Shown: positions 1 to 12,484 of the stretch, piece by piece | Position numbering within the stretch: the stretch's first letter is position 1 | Layout: each line of letters opens with the position of its first letter | Program-made: the position numbers and the translations under genes | Source: Felis catus | Lineage: Eukaryota | Direction: 5' to 3' | DNA: 64,000 nt | Assembly: GCF_018350175.1 (NCBI RefSeq) | Contig: NC_058373.1 | Span: forward strand, 109,184,001 to 109,248,000 | Notes under the pieces: model-generated | The model's input: only the letters and a program-made list of their open reading frames with translations | Databases searched by the model: none | What the model was told of the DNA's origin: nothing

Positions 1-176
1 CTGAGACTGGAATTTGGGAAAGCTATGGAAGCTAAAGTTTTTGTGACAAAGTATCATAAACAAATACGATAAGCAAAGAAAGAGGTTCTAAAAACCTACA
101 TAGGTCCCCTTGAGTCTTTTTCTGCATACTACAATGTATAGATAGGGTGAACTCCTTGAGGCCAAGCTAGAAATAG

Positions 177-454
177 CTATATATATATATATATATATAT
201 CTTCTATATATATATATATATCTTCTATATATATATATATATATATCTTCTATATATATATATATATCTTCTATATATATATATCTTCTATATATATATA
301 TATCTTCTATATATATATATATATATCTTCTATATATATATAAGATATATATATATATATCTTCTATATATATATATCTTCTATATATATATATCTTCTA
401 TATATATATATATCTTCTATATATATATATATCTTCTATATATATATATATATC

Positions 455-494
<40 letters not shown>

Positions 495-583
495 TCCAAC
501 CAGATATATATATATATCTTCTCTCTCTATATATATATATATATCTTCTATATATATATATATCTTCTATATATATATATATC

Positions 584-646
<63 letters not shown>

Positions 647-650
647 TTCC
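177..650. repeat. Compound (TA)n / (TA)n-TCTTC minisatellite
   Basis: Directly visible: many (TA)n runs separated by the spacer tcttc. Confidence 0.97.
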
Positions 651-1371
651 AACCAGCCAGAGTGAAGAGACCTCGTTGAATATATAAGATATTCACTAGA
701 AAACCCGGAAGTCATGTCTTAGGAGTAGGGCTAAACTAGCAAAAGAGTAAAGGCTATTTTAGACTCTACTAACAAAGTTTTAAAAACAAGCCTTAAGAGA
801 ATAAGTTTATATGCAAATTACTGAGCCATATATCAAAAGAATATTCAAAACCCTTTGAATGAAATCCATCAACAATATAACATTGACAATATCCAACATC
901 TGATAAAAAATTATTAGATATGTGAGGAAGAAAATGTGACCATAGACATAAAAATAATTAGTCAAAATAAACAGATCAAGAATTAACAGGGCTAAAATTA
1001 GCATACACGGACTTAAAACAGCTTTTATAAATATGCTTAAGGATTTAAATAAAAATATGATTATACAGTAGACAGAAAGAGAAGGTACATAAATAACCAG
1101 ATGAAATTTATAGAGATGAAATATATAAAATCTAGAATAAAAAGTTTACTGAATAAGATTTATAGCAGATTAGATTGTATAAGAATGAAGAACACTGGAA
1201 AGAAAAAAAATATGGGTAAATATAAAGGATATTTTCCCATTTTTAAATTTATTTAAAAGTAAATTGGCCTTAAAGTAAAAACAATTTTATAACATATATA
1301 AAAGTAAAGTATATGATTAGCTATAGCACAAACAGGATAGGATATAAACACATGCTTTGCAAGGTTTTTTA

Positions 1372-1582
1372 AAATTTTTTTAACATTTATTTATTTTTGA
1401 GAGACAGGGATATAGCACAAGTTGGGGATGGACAGGGAGAGAGGGAGACACAGAATCCAAAGTGTCCTCCAGGCTCTGAGTTGTCAGCACAGAGCCTGAG
1501 GCAGGGCTCGAACTCATGAACCATGAGATCATGACCTGAACTGAAGTCAGATGCTTAACTGACTGAGCCACCCAGGCACCCC
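1372..1582 (-). mobile_element. Carnivore tRNA-derived SINE (CanSINE/SINEC_Fc-like)
   Basis: Reverse complement of ggggtgcctgggtggctcagtcagttaag head, CT-rich body and A tail. Short TSD aaggttttt on both sides. Confidence 0.95.
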
Positions 1583-2474
1583 TATAAGGTTTTTACATTA
1601 TATGTGAAGTGGTACAGCATTGTGTGAAAGTAAAATATGATGATAAACTAAAGGTATATATTTAAGGCCCTAGAACAACTATTAAAAATTAGAACAAAGA
1701 AGTGTAGTGAATAAATCAATAGAGGCAATAAAATTGAATGTGAAAAGTATTCACTAAATATCAAAACAGAAATAAGGGGAAAAAGAAAAACAACAAAAAC
1801 AAATAGCAAAATAATGGACATAGATCCAACCATAGCAACAATACATTAAAAGTAAATAGCCAAAACATTCCAATTAAAAAGTAGAGAATGTCATATTGGA
1901 TAAAAACACAAGATCTAACCATAAGCTATATACTTTTAGTATAAGGATATGAATAGTTTGAAATTTAAAAATGGTCATACATACAGGAAACATAAGAAAG
2001 GTGAATGGGGGTACATTTATCAAAGTGTGCTTCAATATAAGGAATACTACCAGAAAATAAAAGGAATATTTCATGATAATAAATTAGTGAATTCAATAAG
2101 AACACACAAAAATCCTAAATGATATCCACCTAATTAAAAATGCTCAAAATAAAAAGTAAAAATTGAAAGAACCAAAAGTGGAAATAGTCAATTTCACAAA
2201 CAGAGTTGAAGACTTTAATTCTCTTTCCTTAGGAATAAATTGAACACTACCAGAAAATCAAAAAGAACATACAAAATCTGAACTCAATTATCAACCAGTG
2301 TTACCTAATTGACTATATCAACCAATGTTAATTAACTGACTATAGAAAATTACTCCTAACAATGGTAGAATACACATTATTTTCAGATGTATATGGAACA
2401 TTCACTTGGATAGACCATATGCCATACAATGAAACAGGTGTCACTGAATTTAAAAAAGGATTGAAGGTCTATGG

Positions 2475-2477
2475 AAA

Positions 2478-2517
<40 letters not shown>

Positions 2518-2518
2518 A

Positions 2519-2554
<36 letters not shown>

Positions 2555-2556
2555 AA
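2475..2556. repeat. (GAAA)n microsatellite
   Basis: Directly visible. Confidence 0.97.
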
Positions 2557-2926
2557 TTTAAACCAGGAATAAACAACAGATACTAATATCTGGAAAAACA
2601 TCTTCAAATATTTGAAATTAAATAACATGCTTTTAAATGTCTATAGGTTACAGAAGAAATCAAAGAAAACTAGAAAATAGCTTAAGCTGAATGAGAAAAT
2701 TAAAAATATCAAAATGTTTATATGAAATGAAAGCAGTATTTGATTGGAAATCTATCATTTTAAATATTTATATTATAAAGGAAAAGATGCACCTCAAGAA
2801 TTTAGAAAAAGACGTCTAAATTAAAACCCAAGTAACTAGAAGGAAGGGAATAAAGAGGTAAAAGTAGAAGACAACAAAATTTAAAAAGAAAAAAAGAAAA
2901 AGCAGTGAAACACAAACATGGTTGTT

Positions 2927-3152
2927 AATTTTTAATTTTTTTAATGCTTATTTATTTATTTGAGAGAGAGCCAGTACATGTGCACGTGAGCAGAGGAGGA
3001 GCAGAAAGAGAGAGGGAGAGAGAGAATCCCAAGCAGGCTCTGTGCTGGCAGCACAGAGCCCTACACCCAGGGCTCATCCTGCAAACCACAAGACCATGAC
3101 CTGGCAGAAATCAAGAGTCGAACGCTTAACTGATGGAGACATCCAGGAGCCC
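2927..3152 (-). mobile_element. CanSINE (older subfamily)
   Basis: SINE body on the minus strand. Degenerate TSD aaacatggttgtt / aaagatggttatt. Confidence 0.92.
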
Positions 3153-3891
3153 TGAAAGATGGTTATTTGAATATGAGCAACAAAATTAACAAATCTCTAA
3201 CTAGATTGATCCAGAATAAAAGATAAAAGACAAAAATTATCAATATCAGGAATGGAAGTGGATACTTTCATTAATAATAAAGAAATAATATAAAAATCTC
3301 TATGTCAATAATTTCAATGATTTAGGTAAAATGGATCAAGCCTTGAATGACACAGTTTGCCAAACTGCCACGAGAATAAACAGAAAAGTTGAATAGCACA
3401 ATATTTATTAAAGACATGAAATTTGCAATTAAAAATCCTCCCACAAATGAAACTCTACACTCAGATGGCTTTAATAGGGAATCTCTCAAATATTTAAGGA
3501 TAAAAATATAGCAATGTTAAGCAAGTTTTTTCAGAAAATAGATAAAAAGGAAACAATTCTCAAGTCATTTGAAGAAGGTAGCATTACTCTTATGCAAAAA
3601 CTAGTCAAATATACACAAGAATATTAGAAACCAATAATTCTCATAAACGTTAACACAAAAATGCTTTAAAATATTAGTAAACCAAATTCAGTAATATTTA
3701 AAGACAATAAATATCATGACCAAGTGTGATACATCCTAGGAATGTATGGTTGGTTTAACATTTGGAAAATCAATCAATGTAATTTACTAAAATGACAGAC
3801 TAAGACAGAAATCATAAAATCATCTCAATAAAATCCAAGAAAGAGCTTTACAAAATTTAATGCCCATTAATGATAAAAATTCTCAGGTACT

Positions 3892-5417
3892 TTTGGTTTT
3901 ATTGGTTGTTCCCTTTGCTGTGCAGATTTTTTATCTTGATGAGGTCCCAATAGTTCATTTTTGCTTTTATTTCCTTTGCCCTGGAGACGTGTAAAGTAAG
4001 AAGTTGCTGCGGCCAATGTCAAAAAGGTTGCTACTTGCTTTCTCCTTTAGGATTTTGATGGTCTCCTGTCTCATATTTAGACCTTTCATCCATTTTGAAT
4101 TTATTTTTGTGTGGTGTAAGAAAGTGGTCCAGTTTCATTCTTCTGCCTGTCTCTGTCCAGTTTTCCCCACACTGTTTGCTGAAGAGACTTATCTTTTTTT
4201 TCCATTGGATACTTTTTCCCTGCTTTGTCAAAAATTAGTAGGCCAGACACTTGTGGGTCCATTTCTGGGTTCTCTATTCTATTCTACTGATCTATGTACC
4301 TGTTTTTGTGCCAGTACCATACTGTCTTGATGTTTACAGCTTTGTAATACAGCTTAAAGTCCAGAATTGTGATGCTTCCAACTTCAGTTTTCTTTTTTCA
4401 ACACTACTTTGTCTACTTGGGGTCATTTCTGTTTCCATACAGATTTTAGGATTCTATGTTCTAGCTCTGTGAGGAATGCTGGTGTTATTTTGATACGGAT
4501 TGCTTTGAATGTGTAGATTGCTTTGGGTAGTATTGACATTTTAACAATATTTGTTCCTCTAATCCATGAGCATGGAATGTTTTTCCATTTCTTTGTGTCT
4601 TCTTCAATTTCTTTCATAAGCTTTCTACAGTTTTCAGCATATAGATCTTTTACCTCGTTCATTGGGTTTACTCCAAGGTATCTTTTTTTGTGAAATTGTA
4701 AATGAGATCGATTTGTTGATATCTGTTTCTGTTCCTTCGTTATTGGTGTATAAAAATGCAACCAGTTTCTATATGTTGATTCTATATCCTGCAACTTTGC
4801 TGAATTCATGTATCAGCTCTAGCAGTTTTTTGGTGGAATCTTTCTGGTTTTCCATGTAGAGTATCATGTCATCTGTGAAGAGTGAAAGTTTGACTTCTTC
4901 CTTGCTAATTTGGATGCCTTTTATTTATTTTTGCTGTCTGATTGCTGAGGCTAGCACTTCCAACACGATGTTGAACAACAGTGGTGAAAGTAGACAGCCC
5001 TGTCATGTTTTTGACCTCAGGGGGAAAGCTCTCAGCTTTTCCTCTTTGAGGATGATATTAGTTGTCAGCCTATCATATATGGTTTTTATGATGTTAAAGT
5101 ATGCTCTTTCTATCCCCAATTTCCTGATGCTGTATTTTGTTAAATGCTCTTTCTGAATCTATTGAAAGGATCATATGGTTCTTATCTTTTCTTTTATTAA
5201 TGTGATGTATCACATTGATTGATTTGCAAATATTGAACCAGCCCTGCAGCCCAGGAATAAATCCCACTTGATCATGGTGAATAATTCTTTTAATGTACTG
5301 TCGAATTTGATTTGCTGGTGTATTATTGAGAATTTTTGTATCCAGCTTCATCAGGGATATTGGTCTGTAATTTCCCTTTTTAGTGGGGTCTTTCTCTGGT
5401 TTTAGAATCAAGGTAAT
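3892..5417 (-). mobile_element. Inverted 5' arm of a twin-primed carnivore L1 (ORF2 RT region)
   Basis: Minus-strand ORFs 5094-5513 (NYRPISL...[28 protein letters not shown]) and 4423-4809 ([26 protein letters not shown]) are L1 ORF2p. Left TSD aaaaattctcaggtact at 3875-3891. Confidence 0.95.
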
Positions 5418-6441
5418 TCTGCACAGCGAAGGAAACAACAAAACTAAAAGGCAACCGACTGAATGGGGACAGATATTTGCAAATGACATATCAGATAAAG
5501 GGTTAGTATCCACAGTCTATAAAGAACTTATCAAACTCAACACCCAAAAACAAACAGTCCAGTGAAGAAATGGGCAGAAGACATGAACAAGACACTTTTC
5601 CAAAGAAGTTATCCAGATAACTAACAGACACATGAAAAGATGCTCAACATCACTCATCATCAGGGAAACACAATTCAAAACCACAACGAGATACCACCTC
5701 ACACCTGTCAGAATGGCTAAAATTAACAACTCAGGAAACAACAGATGTTGGCAAGGATGCAGAGAAAGGAAACCCTTTTGTACTGTGATTGGGAATGCAA
5801 ACTGGTGTAGCCACTCTGGAGAAGAGTATGGAGGTTCCTCAAAATATTTAAATTAGAACTACCCTATGGACCAGCACTACTAGCTATTTATCCAAAGAAT
5901 AAAAAAATGTTGAATCAAAGGGGCACATGTACCCCAATTGTTTATAGCGGCAAAATCAACAATATCCAAATTATGGAAAGAGCCCAGATGTCTACCAACA
6001 GATGAATGGATAAAGAAGAAGCAGAATATATATATACAATGGAATACTGGGCAATGAAAAAGAATGAAATCTTTCCATTTACAACAATGTGGGTGGAACT
6101 AGAGGGTTTTATGCTAAGCTAAATAAGTCAGTCAGAGAAAGACAAATATTGTATGATTTCACTCATATGTGGAATTTCGGAAACATCCACAACAGATGAA
6201 CATAGGATAAGGGAAGGAAAAATAAAATAAAAACAGAGAGGAAGGCAAACCATAAGAGACTTTTAAATACACAGAACAAACTATGTGTTGATGGGGGTGG
6301 AGAAAATGGGTGATGGGCATTAAGGAGGGCACTTGTTGGGATGAGCACTTGGTGTTACATGTAAGTGATGAATCACCGGGTTCTACCTACTCCTGAAACC
6401 AAGACTGCACTGTATGTTAATTGACTTGAATTTAAATTTTA
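5417..6441 (+). mobile_element. Non-inverted 3' arm of the same carnivore L1 (ORF2 C-terminus and 3' UTR)
   Basis: ORF 5632-5856 ([12 protein letters not shown]...YHLTPVRMA) is the L1 ORF2p C-terminus, followed by a carnivore L1 3' UTR. Right TSD aaaaattctcaggtact at 6442-6458. Confidence 0.95.
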
Positions 6442-6458
6442 AAAAATTCTCAGGTACT

Positions 6459-7170
6459 AGAAATTGATGGAAATATCTTTAAAGTGAATAAGTAATACCA
6501 TATTAATAGTGAAAAACTGAAGACTTTCCCCTAAGATGGGAAGTAAAACAAACTCACTCTCACCACTTCTATTTTATATTATGGTAAGATCCTAACCAGC
6601 TGAATAAATGAAGGGAAAAGAAATTTGAAAAGTGAAGTAGGGTGGATTTGCAAATGACATGATTGTACAAACAGAAAAATCTTAAGAAATCACCAATACT
6701 ATTAGAACAAAAAAGTGAATATAGTCATGTTACAAGACACAAAGAGAATAAACAAAAATGTAATTTTATTTCTATATACTACCAACTAATAATTTTAAAA
6801 GTTACTAGAAAAACAATGACATTTTAAAAGTCAAATACCATGAAATACTTAAGGATAAATTTAGATATTTATAAACTCTGAACAATAAAATCCAGGGAAC
6901 ATAGTATACACTACATATTCTATAGTGATCTTCGTCAAGTTAATATGGTATTGCCATGAGGGTAGGATATGTAAGATAGGGAAGAATATTCTGAAACATA
7001 ATAAAGAGTCCAGAAATAAAACCACACATTTGGTTAACTGATGTTTGCTCGGGAGAAATGGGAGAAAATGTAGTAGTCCACAATAAATGGAGGAACAACA
7101 ACAGTATCTCCACATGAAACAAAATGAACCTTGGTTCTTACCTTACATCACATATTTTTTAAAAATTCAA
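6459..7170 (+). mobile_element. Continuation of the old host L1M ORF2
   Basis: Degraded ORF2 sequence resumes collinearly right after the TSD. Confidence 0.75.
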
Positions 7171-7239
7171 AATATACAAAAAAGTTAAATTAGTAAAATT
7201 AGTAATATTATATATATTATATTATAATTATACACATGC

Positions 7240-7606
7240 ACAACTAAGTGCCACAAACTAGGTGGTTTAAATAACAGAAATTTATTGTCTCACAATTCTG
7301 GAAGCTAGAGGTCTGAGATGGAAGGTCTGCCTTCTGAGGTCTCTCTTCTTGGTGTGTAGATGGTTGTTTTATCCCTATCTTCACATGGGTTTCCCTCTGT
7401 GCATGCCTGTGTCTAAATTTTCTATTCTTATAAGGACACCAGTCATACTGAATAAGAGCCTACCATAATGATCTGATCTTAAATTAATTATTTCTTTAAA
7501 TTATTTCTTTAAATAAAGACCCTATATTCAAATAAAGTTACATTCTGAGGTACTAAGGACTTCAACATACTAATTTTAATTTTGAAGACACAATTCATCC
7601 CATAAC
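7240..7606 (-). mobile_element. MaLR solo LTR (MLT1A/MLT1B-like)
   Basis: Typical MLT1 motifs: ccacaaactaggtggtttaaataacagaaatttattgtctcacaattctgga ... taaggacaccagtcat ... gacacaattcatcccataac. Confidence 0.85.
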
Positions 7607-7611
7607 CCCTT

Positions 7612-8850
7612 TGGTTATTAAAACATAATGGTATTGGAATTAAAAAACCAGAAACATTAATCAGTGGAACAGAATAGAGAGCCCAGAAAGAAACCCATGC
7701 ATATGTGGTCAGTTAATTTATGACAAAGGGGACAAAAATATGTAATGGGCAAAGGACAGTCTCTTTGATAAATGATGCTGGGAAAACTGACAGCAACATC
7801 CAAAGGAATAAAATTCAACTGCTATTTCACACCATACACAGGAAATAACTCAAAATGGATTAAAGACATGGAGGTAAGATCTGAAACCATGAAACTCCTA
7901 GAAGAAAACATAGATAGTAAGCTCTTTGACATAGGTCTTGGTGATTATTTTTTTCATCTTACACCAAAAGCAAAAGCAACAAAATCAAAAACAAACAAGT
8001 GGGACTACATCAAATTAAAAAGCTTCTGCACAGCAAAGGAAACAAGCCACAAAATAAAAAGCCACCTATAGAATTGGAGAAAATATTTGCCTATCTTATA
8101 TCTGATAAGGGGCTAATATTCAAAATATATAAAGAACTCATACAATTCAATAGCAAAAAACAAACACTCAAATTAAAATTTTTGATCTAAATAAATATTT
8201 TTCCAAAGACGATGTACAGATGGCCAAGAGGTACACGAAAAGATGCTTAACATTACTCATCATCAAGAAAATGCAAATCAAAACTACAATGAGATATCAC
8301 CTTACATCTGTCAGAATAGTTATTATCAAAAAGACAAGTAACAAGAGTGGATGAGAACGTAGAGAAAAGAAAACCCTCCTGCACTGTTGGTGGGAATATA
8401 AATTGGTACAGCCACTGTGGAAAACGATATGGGGGTTTCTCAAAAAATTAAAATAGAACTACCATATGATGCATCAATTCCACTTCTGGGTTTTATCTGA
8501 AGAAAATGAAAAAAACTAATGCAAAAAGATAATATGCACCCCTATGTTCATTGCAGCATTATTTACAATAGCCAAGATATGGAAACATCCTAAGTATCCA
8601 TTGATGAATGAATGGATAAAGAAATTACGATATACATGTGATGGAATATTATTCAGCCATAAATACGTATGGAATCTTTCCATTTGCAACAACATGGGAC
8701 CTCAAGGGCATCACACTAAGTGAAGTAAGTCAGATAGAGAAAGAGAAATACCATATGGTCTCTCTTATATGTGGAATCTTAAAAAAAAAAAAAATTGGTG
8801 GTTTCCAGAAGCAAGGAGGCAGCAGGGGGCAGGGGAATGGGGAATAGGTG
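7612..8850 (+). mobile_element. L1 (L1MA/L1_Carn-age) 3' ORF2 and 3' UTR
   Basis: ORF 7772-8071 (SKWIKDM...MKLLEENI...KWDYIKLKSFCTAKE) is the L1 ORF2p C-terminal region. Confidence 0.9.
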
Positions 8851-8856
8851 AACTGG

Positions 8857-8872
8857 AAAGAAAAGAGAGGGA

Positions 8873-8924
<52 letters not shown>

Positions 8925-9015
8925 AAAAGGGAGAGAGAGAGAAAAGGGAGGAAAGAAAAAGAAAGAGGGGGAGGGAGAGAGGAAGAAGGAAGGGAGGAAG
9001 GGAGGAAGGAAAAAA
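8857..9015. repeat. (GAAA)n / purine-rich low-complexity tract
   Basis: Directly visible. Confidence 0.95.
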
Positions 9016-9039
9016 GATCATCAAGAACAAAAACAATTC

Positions 9040-9260
9040 TCAAAACCATTAATAATATGTTAATGCAAATTAAGATCACAAGGAGATACTACTACACATC
9101 CACCAGAACAAAGTTATAAAGACTAATTATAGAATATGCTAGAAAGGACATAGTACAACTCTTGTACATAGCCAGTGGGAATACAGAGTGGTACAACCAC
9201 TTTGGAAAATGGTTCGTTTTACAAAATTACTTATACTTAACCATATGACCAAAACCCATG
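9040..9260 (+). mobile_element. Old L1M 3' fragment
   Basis: atgcaaattaagatcacaaggagatactac ... gtggtacaaccactttggaaaa motifs. Confidence 0.7.
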
Positions 9261-9449
9261 TAATCTCCGTGATTATAATCTAATGATGTAATCTATAATA
9301 TGTATCAAATCATGTACATGTCATCTGCTCCCAGCCTTATCCCCAGAGACTGAAACAGTGTGTGGTATGTAATGAGCATAGACAAAAATATCAAATTCAT
9401 GAATGGATTTCTTTAACCAGGCCATTAGTATTTCACATTTAGCCTATTT

Positions 9450-9760
9450 CCAATATAAAGGTAAACTTTCAACCACATTTCTGGGAATTTAGGCACATCT
9501 TAAGCATCCTGAAGCACATTCCCAAATACTCTCCAGAAAACTTGCAGCAATTAATATTCCTGCCTGTAAGGTGCTACAGTTTCCACATTCTACTCTCAAC
9601 CCAGTGTCAGGCATTAAAATTTACTGCACCTTTGCCAATTTAATTTGGAATTTACTTTTTTTTTTTTAGTCCGCATTTCATTAATTATCAGAAGTGTTGA
9701 TCTTCTTCCATTAAATGTATTTGTGCTTCTCCTTCGTATATTCTAAAAAGTCTTATTTTT
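9450..9760 (-). mobile_element. Very old L1ME-like fragment
   Basis: Antisense L1 3' motifs (tttccacattc, tttgccaattt, catttcattaattatc). Confidence 0.5.
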
Positions 9761-11339
9761 ATAGTTTTGCTTTTAGTGCTATTCAAAAACAAATGCCTCC
9801 CATGTCTTTTAATCATAATAGAGCCCATATAATACTTTTTAAATTCACAGAGCCAGGACAGAACTTTGTGTCCACTTTCTGCTACATAAGAACATTTTTA
9901 TTACAGAATATTTCATTAAGCATGCTAAGCAATGTGTTTATTACATAGCTGCTTCACAACAAGCTGCATTTTATATTTTTCTATCAGAAATTTACTGATC
10001 AAGATTTGTGTTCAGTGAAATTTTGGTAGCAATTTGTGTGAGACATACTGAACTAAAATGTATCATCTCAATTTCTACTCATGCTTTCACAATCAAGGCA
10101 TTGCAACAGATTCTTTATAAGGAGATCATCCCACATGTAATTCTATTTTCTTTGGAATAGACTGTAGCACCTGAGCATATTCTCATTAGTGGTGAGAATA
10201 TATATTAGAGCTATAAACATCCTTTTTAAAATGCATACACATTCACACTTGTGCAGTTATGCATACCACTCAAAATTATCAAAATTAAAGGGAAAAAAAT
10301 CTCGAAAGAAACTAGGAGAAAAAATTGTCCAAAAAGCAAACCCAGCACTGAGTTTCAAAAATCCTGTTACAATGTAAAAAAGATAGAAAGCAGGGCCTGA
10401 TAGCCAATGCTGGGGGAAGAACAATTTGATCTCATTAGCCACGCAGTTAGGACATTCAAGAGCCAAAAGGAGAGCCTCACACAAGAAACAGTATTGCCTA
10501 CCAACTATGTTCAAGAAAGTACATGTGATCGTAAATTTTTCTGATGATATTAAAATACTGATATTAGGACATGTAGATGCTTTGGGGACAAGAGTAAGAG
10601 ATAAAAGACATAGATTGTAGGCGAGCAGAGAAGATTGTGAAGAATTTCATCATCATTAGTGGCAACTTTAAAAACTGTGCCAAATTTTTACTTTTTTTTC
10701 TTTTTAAAATAATGAACAGTGAGTATAAATTTAGTATAGGATGTATTCATTTGAAAACATCTCAGAAACATGGACTATTTTTAGAAGAAGATGAAAAGTA
10801 AGTCCTGTATGTGTTCGTTGCCAAGCTGAACTTGGAACTAACTAAGCTTCCACATACAGTGCCAGCCAGCCACTGATATATGGCTCAGTCCTTCCTTTCA
10901 TTGACACAGAGAGAAAAAAATTGGTGCAAAGCTGCAGCCATTTTGTAAGAGCTGAATTTATCTAAATGTGTCACTTTTCAATCAGTTGTAGTGACGTTGT
11001 ATAGAAACACCTTTAAGCCTTCAGTAAAATGTATATGCATTGGGGAACATTTAGGTACATAATAGATAACATTTTTCTACCCCTGTTTGGCATTACAGGT
11101 AGTCAATGATACTCTAACTTCCAAGAGCTTAGATTCTAAAATAAGGAACTTCGAGGTACATAAGAACAGAAAGAAACCAAATGCACGTCACTTGCATAAA
11201 GATTTCCATGGAAGATTCCATTAATTCCACCATTTATAAACCCCTATCACAAGAATGTCTCTCATCTGAGATCCCTGAAATCCCTAATGCTGTAATAAAT
11301 GGAAAATAGTTAATTATTACTGTGCATATTACTAGTAAT

Positions 11340-11545
11340 AGGTGCCATTTAATGACCACTTTCTATCACAATACTCTTTGAGGTTGATATAAGTATCCAT
11401 ATTTTATAGATCTAGATGAAGATTCAGTAGGTTAAATAATTTCCCAAAGTTATTGGATGCTGGTGAGTGATGACATCTAGGTTCTCATTTCAGACTATCT
11501 ACTTTCAAAGCCCCACCTCCTGATCAGATATATACACTGTCTCCT
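11340..11545 (-). mobile_element. MIR SINE relic
   Basis: ccatattttataga ... aggttaaataatttcccaaagt core. Confidence 0.6.
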
Positions 11546-12269
11546 AAAATAACTTTGATAGTCCACTCCATTTCTATCATTCTTGGAAACCTTTTATTTA
11601 AAACATTTAATGATCTTTTAGGGTCTTTCTGGAATCTGCTGAAAACTTTTCAATGTCATTCTCCTCCTGGTCACTGGGGGAGGACAACAGGTTAAGAGTC
11701 TTTCTCAGGAAAATACTAATTCTCTCTAGGAAGAGAAAATGTGAATTATAGAATCGGTACTGAGCTGCATGCTGTAATTTCTATGCTCTGTAACATGCAC
11801 AACCATGGAACTTTAGCCAGGTCTCACAAGCAATGTGCTACACACTCAGTAATCAGACTCACAATTAATAATACATGACACTTACAACTTGACAGTGTCC
11901 ACAGTGCTAAGGTAGAGTAGGGCTGCACGCCTTTGTGGTTCTAAACTAGATGGAACATGTGTCCTGGAGTAATAATGCCACCATTCTGAGTCCCACAATG
12001 GTCATTTAAAAACTAAGTTTGGAATTGTTCATTTTCTCACCTTTTCTTTTTTAATGCAGTTGACTAAATTTGTTTTAGCATTACAATACCTGATGAACAT
12101 GCTTCCTGGGTGGGTGTTAATTGAGCAGCATGATTCCAGAATTAGACACAGATGCAAATTCACAACCAAAGTTCTTATTAATAAAGCATACGACTTTAGC
12201 TCATCTTGGTCAACCAACATCATTACCATTTGGAAAACTAAGCTAAAAAAAAGTTGTAAAGTATTTTCT

Positions 12270-12484
12270 TTTTTTTTTAATTCTTTTAATGTTTATTTTT
12301 TGAGAGAGACAGAGTGTGGGCAGGGGAGGGACAGAGAAAGAGAGGGAGACACAGAATCTGAAGCAGGTTCCAGGCTCTGAGCTGTCAGCACAGAGCCCGA
12401 CATGAGCCCGGAACTCAGGAACAGCGAGATCATGACCTGAGCCGAAGTCAGCTGCTCAACTGACTGAGCCACCCAGGCGCCCCT
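12270..12484 (-). mobile_element. CanSINE (SINEC_Fc-like)
   Basis: Perfect TSD taaagtattttct at 12257-12269 and 12485-12497. Confidence 0.96.

Larger units (their letters stand above)
1..3874 (+). mobile_element. Old L1M-type LINE-1 fragment (5' region through ORF2 endonuclease/RT remnants), interrupted by SINEs and microsatellites
   Basis: A-rich + strand with degraded L1 ORF2 motifs (e.g. atatcatgaccaagtgtgatacatcctaggaatgtatggttggtttaacatt near 3712-3761, matching the [17 protein letters not shown] region). No intact ORF. Confidence 0.8.

Noticed and set aside
177..650. CRISPR-like repeat/spacer appearance
   Set aside because: Eukaryotic context, and the units are (TA)n plus a 5-bp spacer with no unique spacers or cas genes.
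8765..9119. K/E/R-rich and F/L/S-rich ORFs (also 2362-2628)
   Set aside because: Translations of (GAAA)n microsatellites.
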